Both the position numbers and the translations under genes were made by a program. Below, in pieces: positions 38,637-53,168 of a stretch of DNA of 64,000 nucleotides. Source of the stretch: Lama glama (Eukaryota); assembly GCA_028534125.1 (NCBI GenBank), contig CM052816.1, positions 46,316,001 to 46,380,000 on the forward strand, written 5' to 3'. The notes beneath the pieces were generated by a model that made no database searches, had not been told where the DNA came from, and saw only the letters and a program-made list of their open reading frames with translations. Position 1 is the first letter of the stretch; each line of letters starts with the position of its first letter.

Positions 38637-41600
38637 CTCTTTCTTTCAACTAACTTTCAAGGAATGAGTCCCTTTCAAACATGAGGGAACTAACCTATAA
38701 TTATCTGTGTTTTCTATTCTACCATTATATGGTTTGTTCCATCACAGATAAATCAACAATAACTTAATTAAAAATATAAAAATTAGAATAGCTGTAACTT
38801 GCTCTGGAAATTAGCTCTAGGCTTGAACTTAGCTTCTAGCTTTCATTTAGGAATTAATGATCCCTTTGTTTAAAAAATGTAATAAAATTAAGAAAGATTT
38901 TTACTTATTTTATTGGAGAATGTCATGGTGCAAGACAAAGAGAAATTTTCATCAGGTTGAAATCTTTAATACTGTAACATATTCTAGATATTTTTGTAGC
39001 CTGTTCTTTATTTCCTTAACATATTATGAGAATCAAAGTTCTTTTAAATGAAGTTTTTTGAGAACATCTCTCTACTACCACATATATAATATCTATGCCA
39101 TGATGCTTTACATAGTCCAATAATTTTTACAACAACATTATCACCTATATGTAAATAGAATGGGGGAAAAACAAGACAATGCGTAGATTTCTCTTGAGGA
39201 CCATGCACCTTGCCTTGCCCTTTTGTCAGTATCAGAGGTGAAACTCTTTAACCTTTTATAGACTTTCTTTTCTCCTCATGAATTGATGAATTTGCCTCAA
39301 ATGAAACACATTATCACCATGGTGCCTCTCTGGCAGTGACCTTGCAGAGTCACTGTACAGGCCCTTACTGCCTGAATGGATGATACAAAGCTCTACGTTC
39401 TTTTTTTCCCCTCGTGATGACTTATTAGCCTTCACCACTCCACAGAGCTGCAGAACAGAATCCCACTGCTTCAAACGCTGGTCATTCGTGTGTATGAAAA
39501 TGTCTTTAATTTCAGAAGTAACATGGCTAGTGGTGATTTCCTTTAAAATTCTGCTAGTAGCCAGAAATAAAAAATGACCACTTCTTTTGCCCTTTCACTT
39601 CGCTGGGACTGCACTCAAGCTATTACTCATTTAATTCAAATATAAAAATAAAACACACTGAATATTCAAGGTGAAAGTCTGGGGTGTGTTTTAGGATTTC
39701 TTTTTTCACGTCACACTGCTGAATGTACTAATTCTCCATTTCACTTTGTATTTGCTAACCTAGAGAGGGGATGGGTATTTCAAGAGAGTTTTATAGTGAT
39801 AAGGGCAAGAAGAATATATTGACAAGAAGAGATCTTCCACGTGATGGAATTTGCTAACCTCAGTGAATACAGTGGTAACAGCAGAAACTGAAGATCCTTT
39901 TTCAAAAGTGAAAACTACAGAGTAATATATTTTTGTAAATACAGAGTGATGCAAATTGTGTTGCCAGTAAAACATTTTGGATTGTATTTTTAAGGTTTTT
40001 CCACATTTGAACTGACTCAAGTTGTTTGCCAAGGAACAACACCCCCTAATCACTCTCTGATGTTAACCAAACCCATTAAGCTGATTTTCTAATGGCACGA
40101 GCAAGATTTCCCTCCTCAGGACAAGTATGATTCTGAAACCAAGAAAACTTCAGCTTGCCCTTCAAGAAAAGTGATTTATGGGAGTTGGTGTGAAGAAAAA
40201 AAGGAACCCTATTTTACCCAAGAAGGAGATGAAAGAAAACCTTGCCTGAGGCAGCACTGTGACACTGGCAATGTGAGAGGGTTGTGAAATCCTGAGTGTA
40301 TGCTTTTGTGGTGATGTCTGAAAGTACTGGTTACTGTACTGATGTCTCGCTATCATGCATCTCTATTTCCGGATCTACTTCCTTATAATTGTTAATGAAA
40401 ACAGGGCTACGAGCGGAGCTGTGTATAGGTCTCTGCTTCAATTCTTCTGTTGTTTTCATTGATAGATGGCCTCCTCTGAAAGTTTCGAAACAATTCTCTT
40501 CCACTTTTAAGAAAGAGTATAAATTCTGTCTTTTCCTAATTAAAGAAATACACTGTATTTGTTAAGGTTACTTAACCTTTTGTCCAATAAGCTATCGATC
40601 TCTTTATTCCTGTACCCCTAGGCATCCATTAAAATCAGTCTCTGACTATTAACGTGCATTTTACAAATAATCAACAGACTGAAACACAGTAACTAAGGAA
40701 AATCAGGACAAACCTAACAGAAGCCAAGCTCTAAATAGGACTTTAAAATAAAAATAGAACATGTGACTCAGAATACAGTACTAGTTCTTTATCTTACAGA
40801 TGTTCCCAGGCATCAGAGTCAGCGTGGGCCATGACACTGCTGAGTGTGGGCTAAATGGGTAAAAATTTAGAGAGAATGACAGGCTTTTTTTTTTTGACTT
40901 TCTTCCTATTACCTCATGTTACTTCATGTTTTACCGAATGTACAGAATACTTTGTCTACTCATTTCTTGTTGCCATAATAGAAAGCTTTCAGGAGCCTTA
41001 AATTAGTAACAGAATGGCCTCCCTCGTCTAATGGCATTTAGGTTTACAATACACACCTTAGGAAACAAGTATCTGGCTTTAGTCACTTGCTAGCTATGCG
41101 TCGTCACCTCATGAAACAAAACTCACGAATGATTTCTGTCATGACACACCATGCACAGGACCAACCAGACAGAAAAGACCACATCTCTGACCATGGAAGG
41201 GACACAACAGAAACGCTGCCATGATATTTATATTCCACCTACTCAGAAGACCAATTGAGAAACTCCATATGGACTCCAGTTTGCCACTAGCCCACAGAAT
41301 TGAAATCTCTCAACTGGCTTAAATTAAGAATTTGGGGATAAGTATAAAACTTTGAAGGTATTTATTTTCATAATTCTATGCAGTTTATTTTCATATAGTT
41401 CTTCTCATGCTACCTACTTCTCTTCTAGTTTACACATTAGGCAAAGGATATGCATTCTTAGAAAGCTTACAGATGAGAAGGCCAGGTATAATCGGAAAAA
41501 AAAAAAATAAAAATTTTTTGACAACACTGCCAAATTACCCTAAGGTGCATTAATGACAGAAAGGGCATCTGTATCTAGTTTAAGACAACAAGAAAAAGAA

Positions 41601-42579
41601 GCTAGCCTACAGGGAGGCAGATCGGTTGATTTGAATTATCTTAGAGGACTGAAACCCCTTCCTCTCGCTTCTCAACACTGCCCAAATGGCAGGTGGTACA
41701 AGTCCAGTTCCCCAGTAAGTTCCTGTAAACAAAACTACTTATTTATAGACAAGCTTCTCACTACTGTTTTCAGGAGCCCAGTCAGACTGCAACTCAGAAC
41801 CACCTATCAACTACAAAGAAAAATAAAGACATAACATCTCTTCTTCAAAAATGTGCTTTACAGCTGGAAGAAGGTAATCTGTCACTCTGTGTATATGGAG
41901 GACCCTCAGAATCATAATTGAGAAGTGATGTAAAGAAACAGAAAGAAGCCCATAAGCCTCTGCTTTGGAACAAAAAGAACACTGGGCTGACATCATGGAA
42001 ATTTTCCAGCAGACCTAAGCAAAATTTGGTGTTACCTACTTCTCCTTTCTATTCTTTTTTTCTTTCTGTTGGGCATTCGTGGGAATCAGCCTTGATGGAA
42101 GAAATCACTGAACCTCAGTGTATAGATAAATCATAAAGGAGAGAACTGAGACTACTGAAATGTTGAAGGCTTCCAAAAATGTTGGCCTTATTTACTTACA
42201 TAAAGTAAGTCTAAATAAAATAATAATTCCAATGATAAAGCTTTCCTTTTAAATGTATACATTTCAGTGTACTTTCATTTATTCTCATAATTCTCTTTCT
42301 GACATGTGCATATATATACAGATATATAAAGATTAATTTAGCATATATTTCAGAAGGTAATTCTTCAGTTGTTTTAATCTGGACTTGTGTTACATACAGA
42401 AAAAAGTAGGAAGAAGTATAGCTGCTTAGAAAAATTAACAATATAGCAGTTTTCAATGTAATGACTAAGTAAAAATCACTTCATACATTCACAAATTTCT
42501 ATTCATCAATTGTCATTTCTATTCTATCAAATCAATTCTACTCATCAAATTTAAGGCATTTTGTTTGTTCTGAAATGGA

Positions 42580-43150
42580 TATAACTGTAAAGATGTATAA
42601 ATATAATCTTACTCTCCAGGAACTAAGTTTCACCAAAGAAATAAAAAGCAAGTTCTACTAAAGCAGATATATTTGCTCACTGCTGGAACACATTAGGTAC
42701 TTAATACATATTTACTGAATGAGTGTCTAAAACATAAAATCAAATAATTCCAATATAATGTAGGATATGAATTCCAAACATGATTAAATGTTATGGGATT
42801 TCAGAGGAAGGAGGAATCATTTTTAGCTGAATGATCAATAAAAAATTCATGGAGTTATATAAGTTGATAAGAATTTAAATTAGGGAATATTTCAAAACAG
42901 GGAACCATTTGGTAGGCAGAAATAAGAAGAAATCTCAGAGAGACACAACAAAAAGCAAGACTACATGGGCATGGGGTAGGATAACAGTGTGCATGTAAGT
43001 GTCATCCAAGAGATTAATTCAGTGTGAGCAGGCAGGGAAGTAATGGAAGAAAATGGACTGGACTCACATTACAAAGGCCTTGGTTGTTATACTGAGAACT
43101 TCAAACCTTATTCTGGACTCTGGGTCTCCTAGGTGGCTAAATTTTTTGAG
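42580..43150 (-). mobile_element. L2 LINE fragment
   Basis: 'aatcttactctccaggaact', 'aatgttatgggatttcagaggaaggagga', 'aaaggccttggttgttatactgagaactt'. Confidence 0.6.
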
Positions 43151-43344
43151 CATTCTCCACAAAATATGGATATTTATGCATTAGGATTTTATGAATTAAA
43201 CACATCAGATTATCTACTTATCTATCTGCATGGATGTATGTGCATATATATTTATATGCATATTACAAGTAGAAAGTCTTAAGTATTCTATAGCTACTGT
43301 ACTTTTTAACAACAAAATAAAAATGCAATTAAATAACTTTTTAT

Positions 43345-43505
43345 ATGTATTTACTTAATATATGTCACTGTCTTCTGCTGAGCTATAATTTCCATAAGAG
43401 CAGAAAACTTGTCATACTTGGTCTCTCTATGTCACAAGTGCCGAACGCAGTATCTGGCACAGAGCGGACACTCATTAATGATTTGTCTGATGAAGGGATA
43501 AACTG
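43345..43505 (+). mobile_element. L2 3' terminus
   Basis: 'tataatttccataagagcagaaaacttgtc...gtgccgaacgcagtatctggcacagagcggacactcattaatgatttg'. Confidence 0.75.
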
Positions 43506-44387
43506 AGCAGCTGACTTCACTGATCAAATTTATTTTGAGGTGAGATTATACTATTCTAGAATTATCAAACATCCTTCACATTTCCCACTGGAGAGTAACA
43601 TCTATCCAGCATTGTCTTATAAAGATAAACCTTCAGCCTTGAAATTATCAATGACAGACTCCATATTTAAAGAAAAGGTAGAAGACACAAGACCGTTCCA
43701 TCTTGAAGTATAGCACTGAAACTTTCTTAAAATACTCCACACTTCTGAAACTGAACTGAAGAAACATTTCCAAACTGAAGAAACAGCTATGCTACCTTAG
43801 GTATTTCTCTTTTCCCCACAGAAGATGGATTAACAAAGGAATATAGAATTCAATTTGTACCTTTTTCATAGAAAACAGTCTCTTAAACCGGGTTCCTTGA
43901 AACCCAGGTATTCCAGTGGGATCTTTAGTGGTTTTTATAGTATAAGGTTTGGAAAAGGAAGTCAAGGAGGGAAGCTCCACACTGTTACTTCAACCAACTA
44001 TCTCCAAGTTTCTCTATTAATATTAATATTAATTTGTATAAAATGCTACTTGGAAAGAAAGATTCTGAAAATTAAAATAATACTGTAAAAAACACCAATT
44101 TAAAGTTATTTACATCCTGTAGAAATCCAATATAACCAATTAATAACTGTGCAAAGTCTTAAAAGTTTGTTTATTCTCTTACCCCCCATACCTCTGAAAC
44201 TAATCCCTTGTCTCTGTATTTAAACCATCTGGTGAATTATGTTTCCTATGAGGACCTGACTGATACAAAAGTTAAGCCTGTTAAAACAGCACAATCTAAA
44301 ATATAGAAAATAAAAATTCTAGCTACTAAAATGTTTTAATATTGACATTTCTCTGTTTACCATGTTTCTAATATACCATGCCATGTG

Positions 44388-44438
44388 ATATATATATATA
44401 CGCATATATATACATATATACACACACACACATATATG
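44388..44438 (+). repeat. (TA)n(CA)n microsatellite
   Basis: Directly visible. Confidence 0.9.
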
Positions 44439-47434
44439 TGAATTTAATGTCATGCCAGAAAAGTTCTTACTTCATTGAAAATGAAGTTTCAAAACTCCTC
44501 ATTTTCCACCTGCAGGCAAGCCAACTATTGACAAGGCCACATAACTCACTTCACAAAGCCAGGGAAGACTCACGAAATATCCCTGAAAAAATTCAAAGAG
44601 TAACATTTATGCATGAGCACACATGCATATTTTCTACATAAAAGCAGAGAATATTGTCAGAGGCCTAAGAGATGAGTCAAAGATTAGTAGCAAAATATTT
44701 TCATCCAGGTGTAAGTGTCAGTTACTGTCTGTATTTCAGGGAGAAGTATAGCTGGTGAGCACCTTGATAACCATAACTAGCATTTAACTCTAAAAAGTGT
44801 TTTTTCTAGAAACCCTAAGGAAAAATAGATGACACAAACATGAAGACATTTTAACAAGACTAAATAAATGAAGAAATTACTGAAGTTTTGAACATACTCT
44901 TGAAAAGAGATCCTAGAGAGAAAGCTTCCATAGAGCTTTTCTGAAAACATTGACTGGTTGTTTTTATATAGCTGTAAAAAAAAAAAAAACAAAAAAACAA
45001 TTTAGCATGCCTCTTTACAAAGGAATAAAGAAAAAATTCTTGTGATGAGTTTTTAAGAAAATCTTGTTCTGAGAGAAATGTTCAACAACCCACCCTATTA
45101 CTTTAGGCATCTTAAAGGAATATCCACAAAAAGAAAATTAAAAACAAAGGTGATACCTGAATGTGTAGTGGGAGTTAAATACTTACAGCACAACCATCTA
45201 TGCAAATAAGAAGGAGGTCTCGTCTAGAGCTACCATTAGTCAAAATATAGGACATCATCTCAGGTCAAAGAGTAGAAGAAAACTAGATTATTGACTTCTG
45301 TCTGCCTTGAATTTACAGAATCTACAGCAAAGAATACAAAACAAAACAAAAGGAACCCGCCAGACAGTTTAGGGTAATTTTTGTCTCTGTCAACTAGAAT
45401 CACAGTACTGAAATAACAAAATGTCCCTGTGGTTTCTTCAGCGACATACGTGAAAGACGGCTGTGATTATAAGAAATTTATGAGAAGTAGCAGTATCCTG
45501 CCCACAGTCCACCCAAACCAAAGAGACAGAGCTGGGGTCAGAGATAAGCTTGCCTCCCTGGGTTTGTATGATAGAAAGCCTGAGACCACTGTGCCTCTGT
45601 GACTCTACATAAGGTGTGAGACTGCTTATCCCACAGGCATCTCCAAATTCAGAAAAGCAGCAGTGGGTGCTCAAATTACATTGTAAGTCACATGTGCAAT
45701 CTTGGGCACTGAGAAGATTAATAGGAGGAGAGCTCCTACATAAAAAAGAAAATGTTTCTTTAAACAGAATTATATACAGAAACAAATCTCAGGAGCTATT
45801 AAAACCATGGTGCCATTTTTTCAGTTTGATACAGCTGTTCTTCTAATCCTGCAGTAATATTTTTTTCTCCACATATATGTTAAATTCATTAAGGTGATCC
45901 CTTTACGCTACTTCCTAATTATGACATGATCCCTATGTACTTCCAACCTGGTTTCCACTATCAGCAATTAATAGAAAATCCTCAGAAAAGCCTCTAAATT
46001 TCCTTTGCAATATTCAACATGATTTATCACCACTTCCATCTTATAATATTTTCTTCCTTGGGACTGATGACACAGGATAGCCTTAGTTTTCTTCCTATGT
46101 CCTCAACCATGCTTTCTCCGACAGCTTTTCTCTTCTCACTCTCCTAATGTCCACATGCCTACAGAACAGACTTTTTCATCAGGGAGTCAACTGCATGTTT
46201 TGGGTCTTGTCACATGAGAGAAAGCAGTTTACTTATGTTGTCAGAACTTCATCAGCAACCAGTTCCTCAAATCATCATTGAAATATTTCTTCAGTTTCCT
46301 AAGATCAGGCAAAATAAACACTGTTTTATCATATTCTTCCTTAAGAGTTTTGTTGTGAAGTGTGTTTTTGTGGGTGTGTGTGTGAGAGAGAGCGTGTGCA
46401 CAAAAACATGGGCAGACTCTTAGGAACACTAATCAGTTTTTCAATTCAGAATATGTCTATGATGCATGAAGTCCTTGCAAAAGTTTATATATTAAGCACT
46501 AACATGGGAATGTGTTAAATGACAGAAATAATATTCATTCTCTAAGAGTTTTCCATTTCTTGCCTAAGAAATAGTTAAGTAACAGTGCACAATTAGAGAA
46601 AGATTATGATTATTGGAAGAGTTAATTTAGTGCAGCAAGCAAATTACCATGAATAAAAAACTTTCTTTTTCAGCCCATAGGTTTGTCTTACAAGATTTGA
46701 CAGTGTAGTTTTCATGAGAGACTTAGCTATTGGTTCATGCAGTTTTCTTTCTTTTTTTTTTTCACACTTAGAGGTAACACAAAATATTGCCCTGAATTAC
46801 TTTTTCTACCAAGTTACAGCTGTTACCAGCTATGAATTTGTCTATATGCTTTGAGAATTATGAACATGGATCCTGCTGCCCCTGCTCTTTACCTTGTATG
46901 CTCCTTGGGGGCTCTCCTAGTTTCCTGGTCTCCTCTGAGTTCTAGCTGCTGAGTGACCCCACTGAGTATGTGCTATTACATGAAATGATAACATTAGGAG
47001 GAACCAACTGATCATGAAGACATGAGTCCCTGAGAGGGTCTGAGATTTGGTGAGCTCTGACAGGGAGTGAGAGAGCTGACTGGAACATCGCCTCCTGAAT
47101 GACATCAGGTGGAGAACATCCCTAGTTATCATATAGTATTAAACCAAATAAGGGTTTACGCTAAATCAGATAATATTTGTATTTTTCTCTTATATAAGTA
47201 AGTGATGGCAGCAACTGACATTTTAAGAAAATTATCAAAGAAAGCACTGAATTGGAAAATATTAATATCTACTTTCCCAGTGGATTGGGAAAATATTAAC
47301 TTTAATAGTAGAACACATTAATGCAGCTTGAGGAAAACTTTCTGGAAAAGAGTTTGCAAACTTCTATGTTAGATCACAGAGTAATAAAGCCATAAAACAT
47401 AAGAGATGGAACATGACTTATATATTATTTATTC

Positions 47435-47575
47435 AAATCCTTTAATTTTTCAGATGTGAAAAATGAGGCTTCAGTAATTTGAGTGAATTTCCAGGTTATA
47501 TAACTAGATATATCAGAATCAGGATTCAAGAACACGGGTATTCAGATTCCCCATTCAGTACAATTTTCCTTACTC
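47435..47575 (-). mobile_element. MIR SINE
   Basis: 'tttcagatgtgaaaaatgaggcttcag...gagtgaatttccaggttatataactag...cagaatcaggattcaagaacac'. Confidence 0.7.
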
Positions 47576-49061
47576 AACAATCTCTTCTGCCTTCTACATA
47601 TATGGATTTTTTTTTTAAACATCCAAAAGGTATGAAAGGATTTTTCAGGTTTTGTGATAAAAAGTTCTGGATTGTCACTAATAGATACTCAATTTACTTT
47701 TTTTTTTCCAGGCCCTTAGCCAGCTATCCCAATAAATTTTACTGAAAGAAAATAAAAACAGTTGCTCAGTAATGATCTTTAAAATTCAGTGGCTTGAAAA
47801 ACATGAGAATTTCACTAAAAATTACTTAAAACAAAACTCTTTTAATAGCTTTCAAAATCAACATCTGAACAAATAATTCATTGAGCTATTATATGACCTA
47901 CATGCTAACAGGTAAATATTTGGTATTCAAGAGGCAATAATTTAAGTTGGAATTATAAATGTATTTTAGAAAATCTGATTTTTTGAGATTTTGGTATCCA
48001 TTAATTTTCGCCATTTTTGTGTATTTCAAATACCCCAGAGTTTAATGGTAGTATTCACAAACTTATTTACTTGCAGTTCTGCCTTTCCTTGAGGCATTTC
48101 TAAGTGCCCAAAACTATTAATAAGGATGAATAAACAGACACAAATGAGCTTCTTTTCAGTCATTTACAATTTAGTCTACTATGTGCTAATCCTGTGTCCT
48201 CCGTTAATCAACCCCAAAACACAAGTCTTCCATTGTGCTCAGTAGAGATGAGGCATATGTGGTGGAATTCAGTCAAAATATTAATTTAGACATTTGGGAA
48301 CCATCACCTTCTTGAGAAAACTATCAGGTAAAATACATTCATTTTCAGCCAAGCTAAATTCCCATGTCCATGAATTGCACAATCCTGTTAAAGTCAGTAA
48401 GTGTCAAACTCTTGAGCTATGGACTAGACGACATTGCCCAATAACCACAATTAGGGTTTCCAGCATCTGCTGTTCCTCTTTTACAAATCTGAATCCTTCT
48501 TCCTACGCTATCTCTTATATACATTATTCATGCTGATGTTGAAATACTGACAATTTATGAGGAGAGTTTAGGAGTTTTGTGTAGCACTGGAAATCACTGC
48601 CCAAATAACAGAAGGAAAACTTACTTCAGGAAATTATCTCATAAACGTCCTTAAAACTCCATTTTATTATGGTGTGCTTTTTCAAAAGTTACAGAACAGT
48701 TTTTTGTTAAATCTTTGGTTTGTCCTAATCTCTAAAACTAGATTTTAGCCCTCAGTTTCAAGTTCCTTCACTGACTTGCCCTGATTTTACTTCTCTTTTT
48801 TCCTCTGCTCCATATTCGTCCTTTAATCAGTTAAGCCTACCTACATTGCAATCATCTCCCTTACTCTTGGCTTTCATTCTCACTTACACTTGAAATAGTT
48901 TACCAGTATCTTTTCCCCTAATTCACAGAACTCTCAAGATACAACAATTTAATGTAATTGATGTTTAAATGCAATGATTATTTCCACTAATCCACTCTAT
49001 TTTCTTCAGGATATTTAACTTATTTCCCCCTTTGCTCTTTATAATACCAAAACAAAACAAA

Positions 49062-49092
<31 letters not shown>

Positions 49093-52000
49093 GAGACAAA
49101 AGCTCGCACACAGCATGTAAATCAGCCATAAAAATAGATATTAACCTTCAGGCCTTTAGCCTGAAAGAAATAAAAGGAGACCTAGTGAGAATCAAAAAGT
49201 GGAACTGAAACAAAATTTTTAATATATTTCTCTTTATTAAAAGCATTTGTTTGGTTTTTATGGAAATCTGAGTTTTTAATGAAACTCTAAATATTACTCT
49301 AAATATTTTTGTGCAAAACTATATCTTCTCTGATTCAGAAATTAATCAAATTTTGGGGTTACCAAGAAGAAAATTAGACAGAGGAAGGACCAATTTTGCA
49401 GGGCAAATTGAAATTTGGAGCAAAACACATTTTTTGAAAAGCAAGAAAATAAGATATTTGTTTAGAGTATGCATTCAATTAATATTTACAAATATGCAAA
49501 ACTCCTTATAGAGGATATAGGAAGCCCAGGTAGATTATCATTTTTTGGTTAAGTACTGTGTGTACATCTTCCATTGCTCTTAGTAACTGACTCCTATGGG
49601 TAACCCAAGATCTATGGCTGAACCAAAAGAATTGCCACAACGCTTTCTTCTTGAGGCTTATAATAAACGAACTTTTGGTTTGAGGTAGAAGTTGACTTGT
49701 TGATTCACTGATTTATTACTAAGGCTAACTCCCAGCGAATCTCTAAAATATTTTTAACATTAAGTTAAGCAAAGTTAAGAAGGCATTCTAATGTTTTCAT
49801 CCACTCCTTCTATGCAGACCACATTTGTTTTCTGTATAATCCTTTTCCCCTCCTAACAACAGCTGTAGCACTGTTTAGCGCCCATTAGTCTAATGCTATT
49901 CTTAACTAAAATAACTAAATTGCCTCTAAGAGAAGCACTAGAGGGGGCCAAAGAGTAACTTAGTGTGGGGTGTTCCATTGGCCTGCCCAACATCTTATCC
50001 ATTCAGTACTTACTAAAATACATATACTTAAAGTAATCAATTAGGTGATCAACTAACCCAAAAGTTCACTGATAATCTACTACATAAAAGGCATTATAGT
50101 AGGCAATTTTTCGAGAATACAAAGAAATATGTTACTGACAGAGAATTTAACATTGCTACTTTGACTACCCTTAAGCAACAGTCAAGGGTTCATGACATGA
50201 AGCAATTTGTAATTTTACTGAGGCTTGAAATTGAATTACATGTGGCAAGAGGCGGGTCTCTAGCAGGAATCCTTTAGTTAGAGTGTGCTTAGAGAACTGG
50301 CTCACATATCTTCTCACAGTGGTTTAGATATTCTCTACTTGTGGTCAAGTTGCTATGCAGTAATTCTCATGACATGATAAAAAATTATTTTCTTTGTGAA
50401 TACTTTTCCTGAAAATAAAGTCAGCTGCTAGTTCTGGTGATGAAAGTAAAGTGGAAGCAAAGCTCTCCAAGAAAACGATGATTCTAATCCAGAAAGTAGA
50501 AGTTTTATGGAGACAATTACATGCTAAACTGATATTCACGAATTTGGGACTGTGGTATCCCTCATGAATATTGAAGGTCTGTCATATAAAGTCCTTATCT
50601 TCAAGAAACATTTAGAAAAACATAAAATTATTTGTCCAGTTACCTTCTTACAACCCACACTGTCTTTAGATCATTGCAGACATGATGCCATTTTAATAAC
50701 ATTTTAAGATGGGGACATTCACAGGCTAAATATTGTGCATAAAATCACCACAGCGTCTCCTCCTTCACCACACAAGATTTGATGTACCTACTAAAATGAA
50801 AGTTTTTTGGTTGGTGGGGGAGTTGGGGTTTTTTCCCCTTAGTTTTAGATACTAGCTAATACAGCTTAGGTTAAAATAAAGTTAGGAACCATAAATATCT
50901 ATTCCAACTAATTGTAGCAACTTATAATACAGACCTGGAAACTAAGCTTTTACATTTTTCTCCTGTTGTAATAAACCTGAAAACAGTCTTGAAGTTCAGA
51001 ACTTGGTGACAATGCACATGCTGTTGCACAATGGGAAGTATATGGCGTATCTTGGCCACCTGTCCCTTATGATATCAAGGCCCATCATGTCAGCTTATGG
51101 CAGCTGTTGTTTTCCATCCTCCTTTCTTCCTGCTGCTGGCTATATACACAGCCATCCAGGGTCTCCTAAACCCCAGGATGCTACTGTTTGTGGTACTTGT
51201 CCTTACCATTTTCACTTTACGTAGCCTATTTGTCCTTTCTCAAACCTGTTAAAGAGTGCTCCAAATAAAGGCTGAAAAGCCAACGTCTGACTTCTTGAAT
51301 ATAAAACTTCCTCTTTCCCTGGACAAGTACACAGAGAATGGGGGGTAACGGAGCTAAAGGAAGTAGGAAAGGAACAACTCATTTATCTCTTAAAGCCTGA
51401 AAAGCACATTTTTAAAAATGAGAATTCTTTGTATTTTAAAAATCCTCTCTACCCATTAGCCTCAACACTACACTGCTGCTATACTTACACCTCGCTCGTT
51501 ATGTATTTACTTTTTATATAACTAAGCAGCACCCTGTCATAAATGAAATATTCATGCAAAAAAAAAACCTGCTCAAAATGCATTTATAAAAAGAACATAT
51601 AAAAACTACCATCTGCTCCCACTCCTAGCAAGCCCTTAGATACCCAAGTGTAAGCCCTCTGATTCCACAGAGAGGTAAGGCAATGTGTCCATGAGGTATT
51701 CCTGAAAGCCAAAACTTCAGACTTTGTAATAAGATGGATCTATGAGCTCTGGCCATCAAAATGCTTAGATCAACATCGACGGACTGAGATACTGCACATA
51801 ATGAATTCATGTGCTAGCACATTGTAATGGGTAGCCATACCCGGTCATGTTGTGCTGAAATGAGCTGAAACTCTTCTTGGAAGTTGTGAAAGCATTTCGT
51901 AGTCAACTGATACCACAGTACTTCACAGTACGCCTTCCTTTAAAGAAAGTTGTCCCGACATTCCAGGCTCCAAGCTGAAGCGTGGGCACTGGGCTACCTT

Positions 52001-52264
52001 ACTGTCTTTAATTCAGCAAAGAGAACTAGGGATACTTATGATCTGCTTAGGGCATGTGACTGCTCATACTTGGAGTATCACTATTTTGACACATAATAAG
52101 GTAACATGATTTTCTCAGTTTAATTTCTCCCTACCAGTAATTTGCACCATTATAAGTTCCATGAACATTTTAAAGAAAATTTCCCCTTTCGGTACCCTTC
52201 CCTTCCTATCAAATACCTTCCCACTTCCTCAATATTCAGTGCTATCCACTCTGAGCTCTGTATG

Positions 52265-52765
52265 TAGAATTTTCATGTTTTTTCCCTGAGTCAGCTGGAA
52301 TTAAGTCCACCTACAAGTGACCAAAAGGCAAAATAACACAGGCATAAACAAGAAAAGAGTTTATTTTTCTCTCAAAGGAAAGATATCCAGAGGCAAGCAG
52401 TCTATAACTAACACAGGGGTTCCAGGATCATCAGGAAACCAGGCTCCTTTTTCTTGCTGCGCCATCACCCTGACGGTTTTGACTTATGGTTGAAGATGGC
52501 TTCTTCAGTTCCAGTCATTCTATTGCATTCCAGATAGTAAGAAGAAAGTTCTGCTCCCTCCTTTCTTAATAAGACTTCCTGGAAGTGCCACACACTTTGA
52601 ATATACTTTTTTGACCAGAACTTAGTCACATTGCCAAATCTTGCTGCAAATTACTCTAGAAAACGTTGTCTTTTTATCTTGACACATTGCCAACTGAAAT
52701 ATATTCAAAGTCTTGCACTGAAGAGGTTGGGGAGAATCCACACTGGGACAGGCAACTCACGGCCT
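52265..52765 (-). mobile_element. MaLR solo LTR (MLT1J/K-like)
   Basis: 'taaacaagaaaagagtttatttttctctc...ccagaggcaagcagtc', 'aagatggcttcttcagttccagtcatt', 'ccagaacttagtcacattgcca'. Confidence 0.75.
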
Positions 52766-52931
52766 CTGCTTCACTTCCCCACATCATATCATAACTCACT
52801 GTTACATATCATTTGTTCAGGTTTAGATTTCTAATTGTCTTAATTGGTTAAATAATCCAGATGTTCATCATTCAATAATCAAATTATAGGTAAAATGAAG
52901 ATAAAAATAAAATTCCAGGGTATACCAGTAT

Positions 52932-53168
52932 ACAGCCAGGGTGAGCCCTCACCAGGAAATAGGAAGAAGGGAGAGGCCTTAAGTCTGGAGTGTAGGCTTT
53001 ATAATAGAAACCTCCCAAAATATTGAGGGGTAGTAAAAGGACGGGGAATCCAGGTGGGGTATTCCCCAGGGTGCCCTGTTTTAACAAATGTCTTAGTCCT
53101 TTTGGACTGCTATAACCAAAGTACCATAGATTGGGTGGCTTAAACAACAAACATTTGTTACAGTTCTG
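52932..53168 (-). repeat. Inverted copy of 58505-58740 (MLT1A 3' end plus unique flank)
   Basis: Manual alignment of the reverse complement: 3 substitutions and 1 single-base indel over ~237 bp. Confidence 0.95.

Noticed and set aside
39410..39520. C/D box snoRNA (GTGATGA at ~39414)
   Set aside because: No D box (CTGA) with a terminal stem at a suitable distance
49930..49955. CTCF site ('gcactagagggggcc'), and a similar motif at ~30304-30321
   Set aside because: Both deviate from the core consensus at key positions; unsupported without a PWM scan or ChIP data
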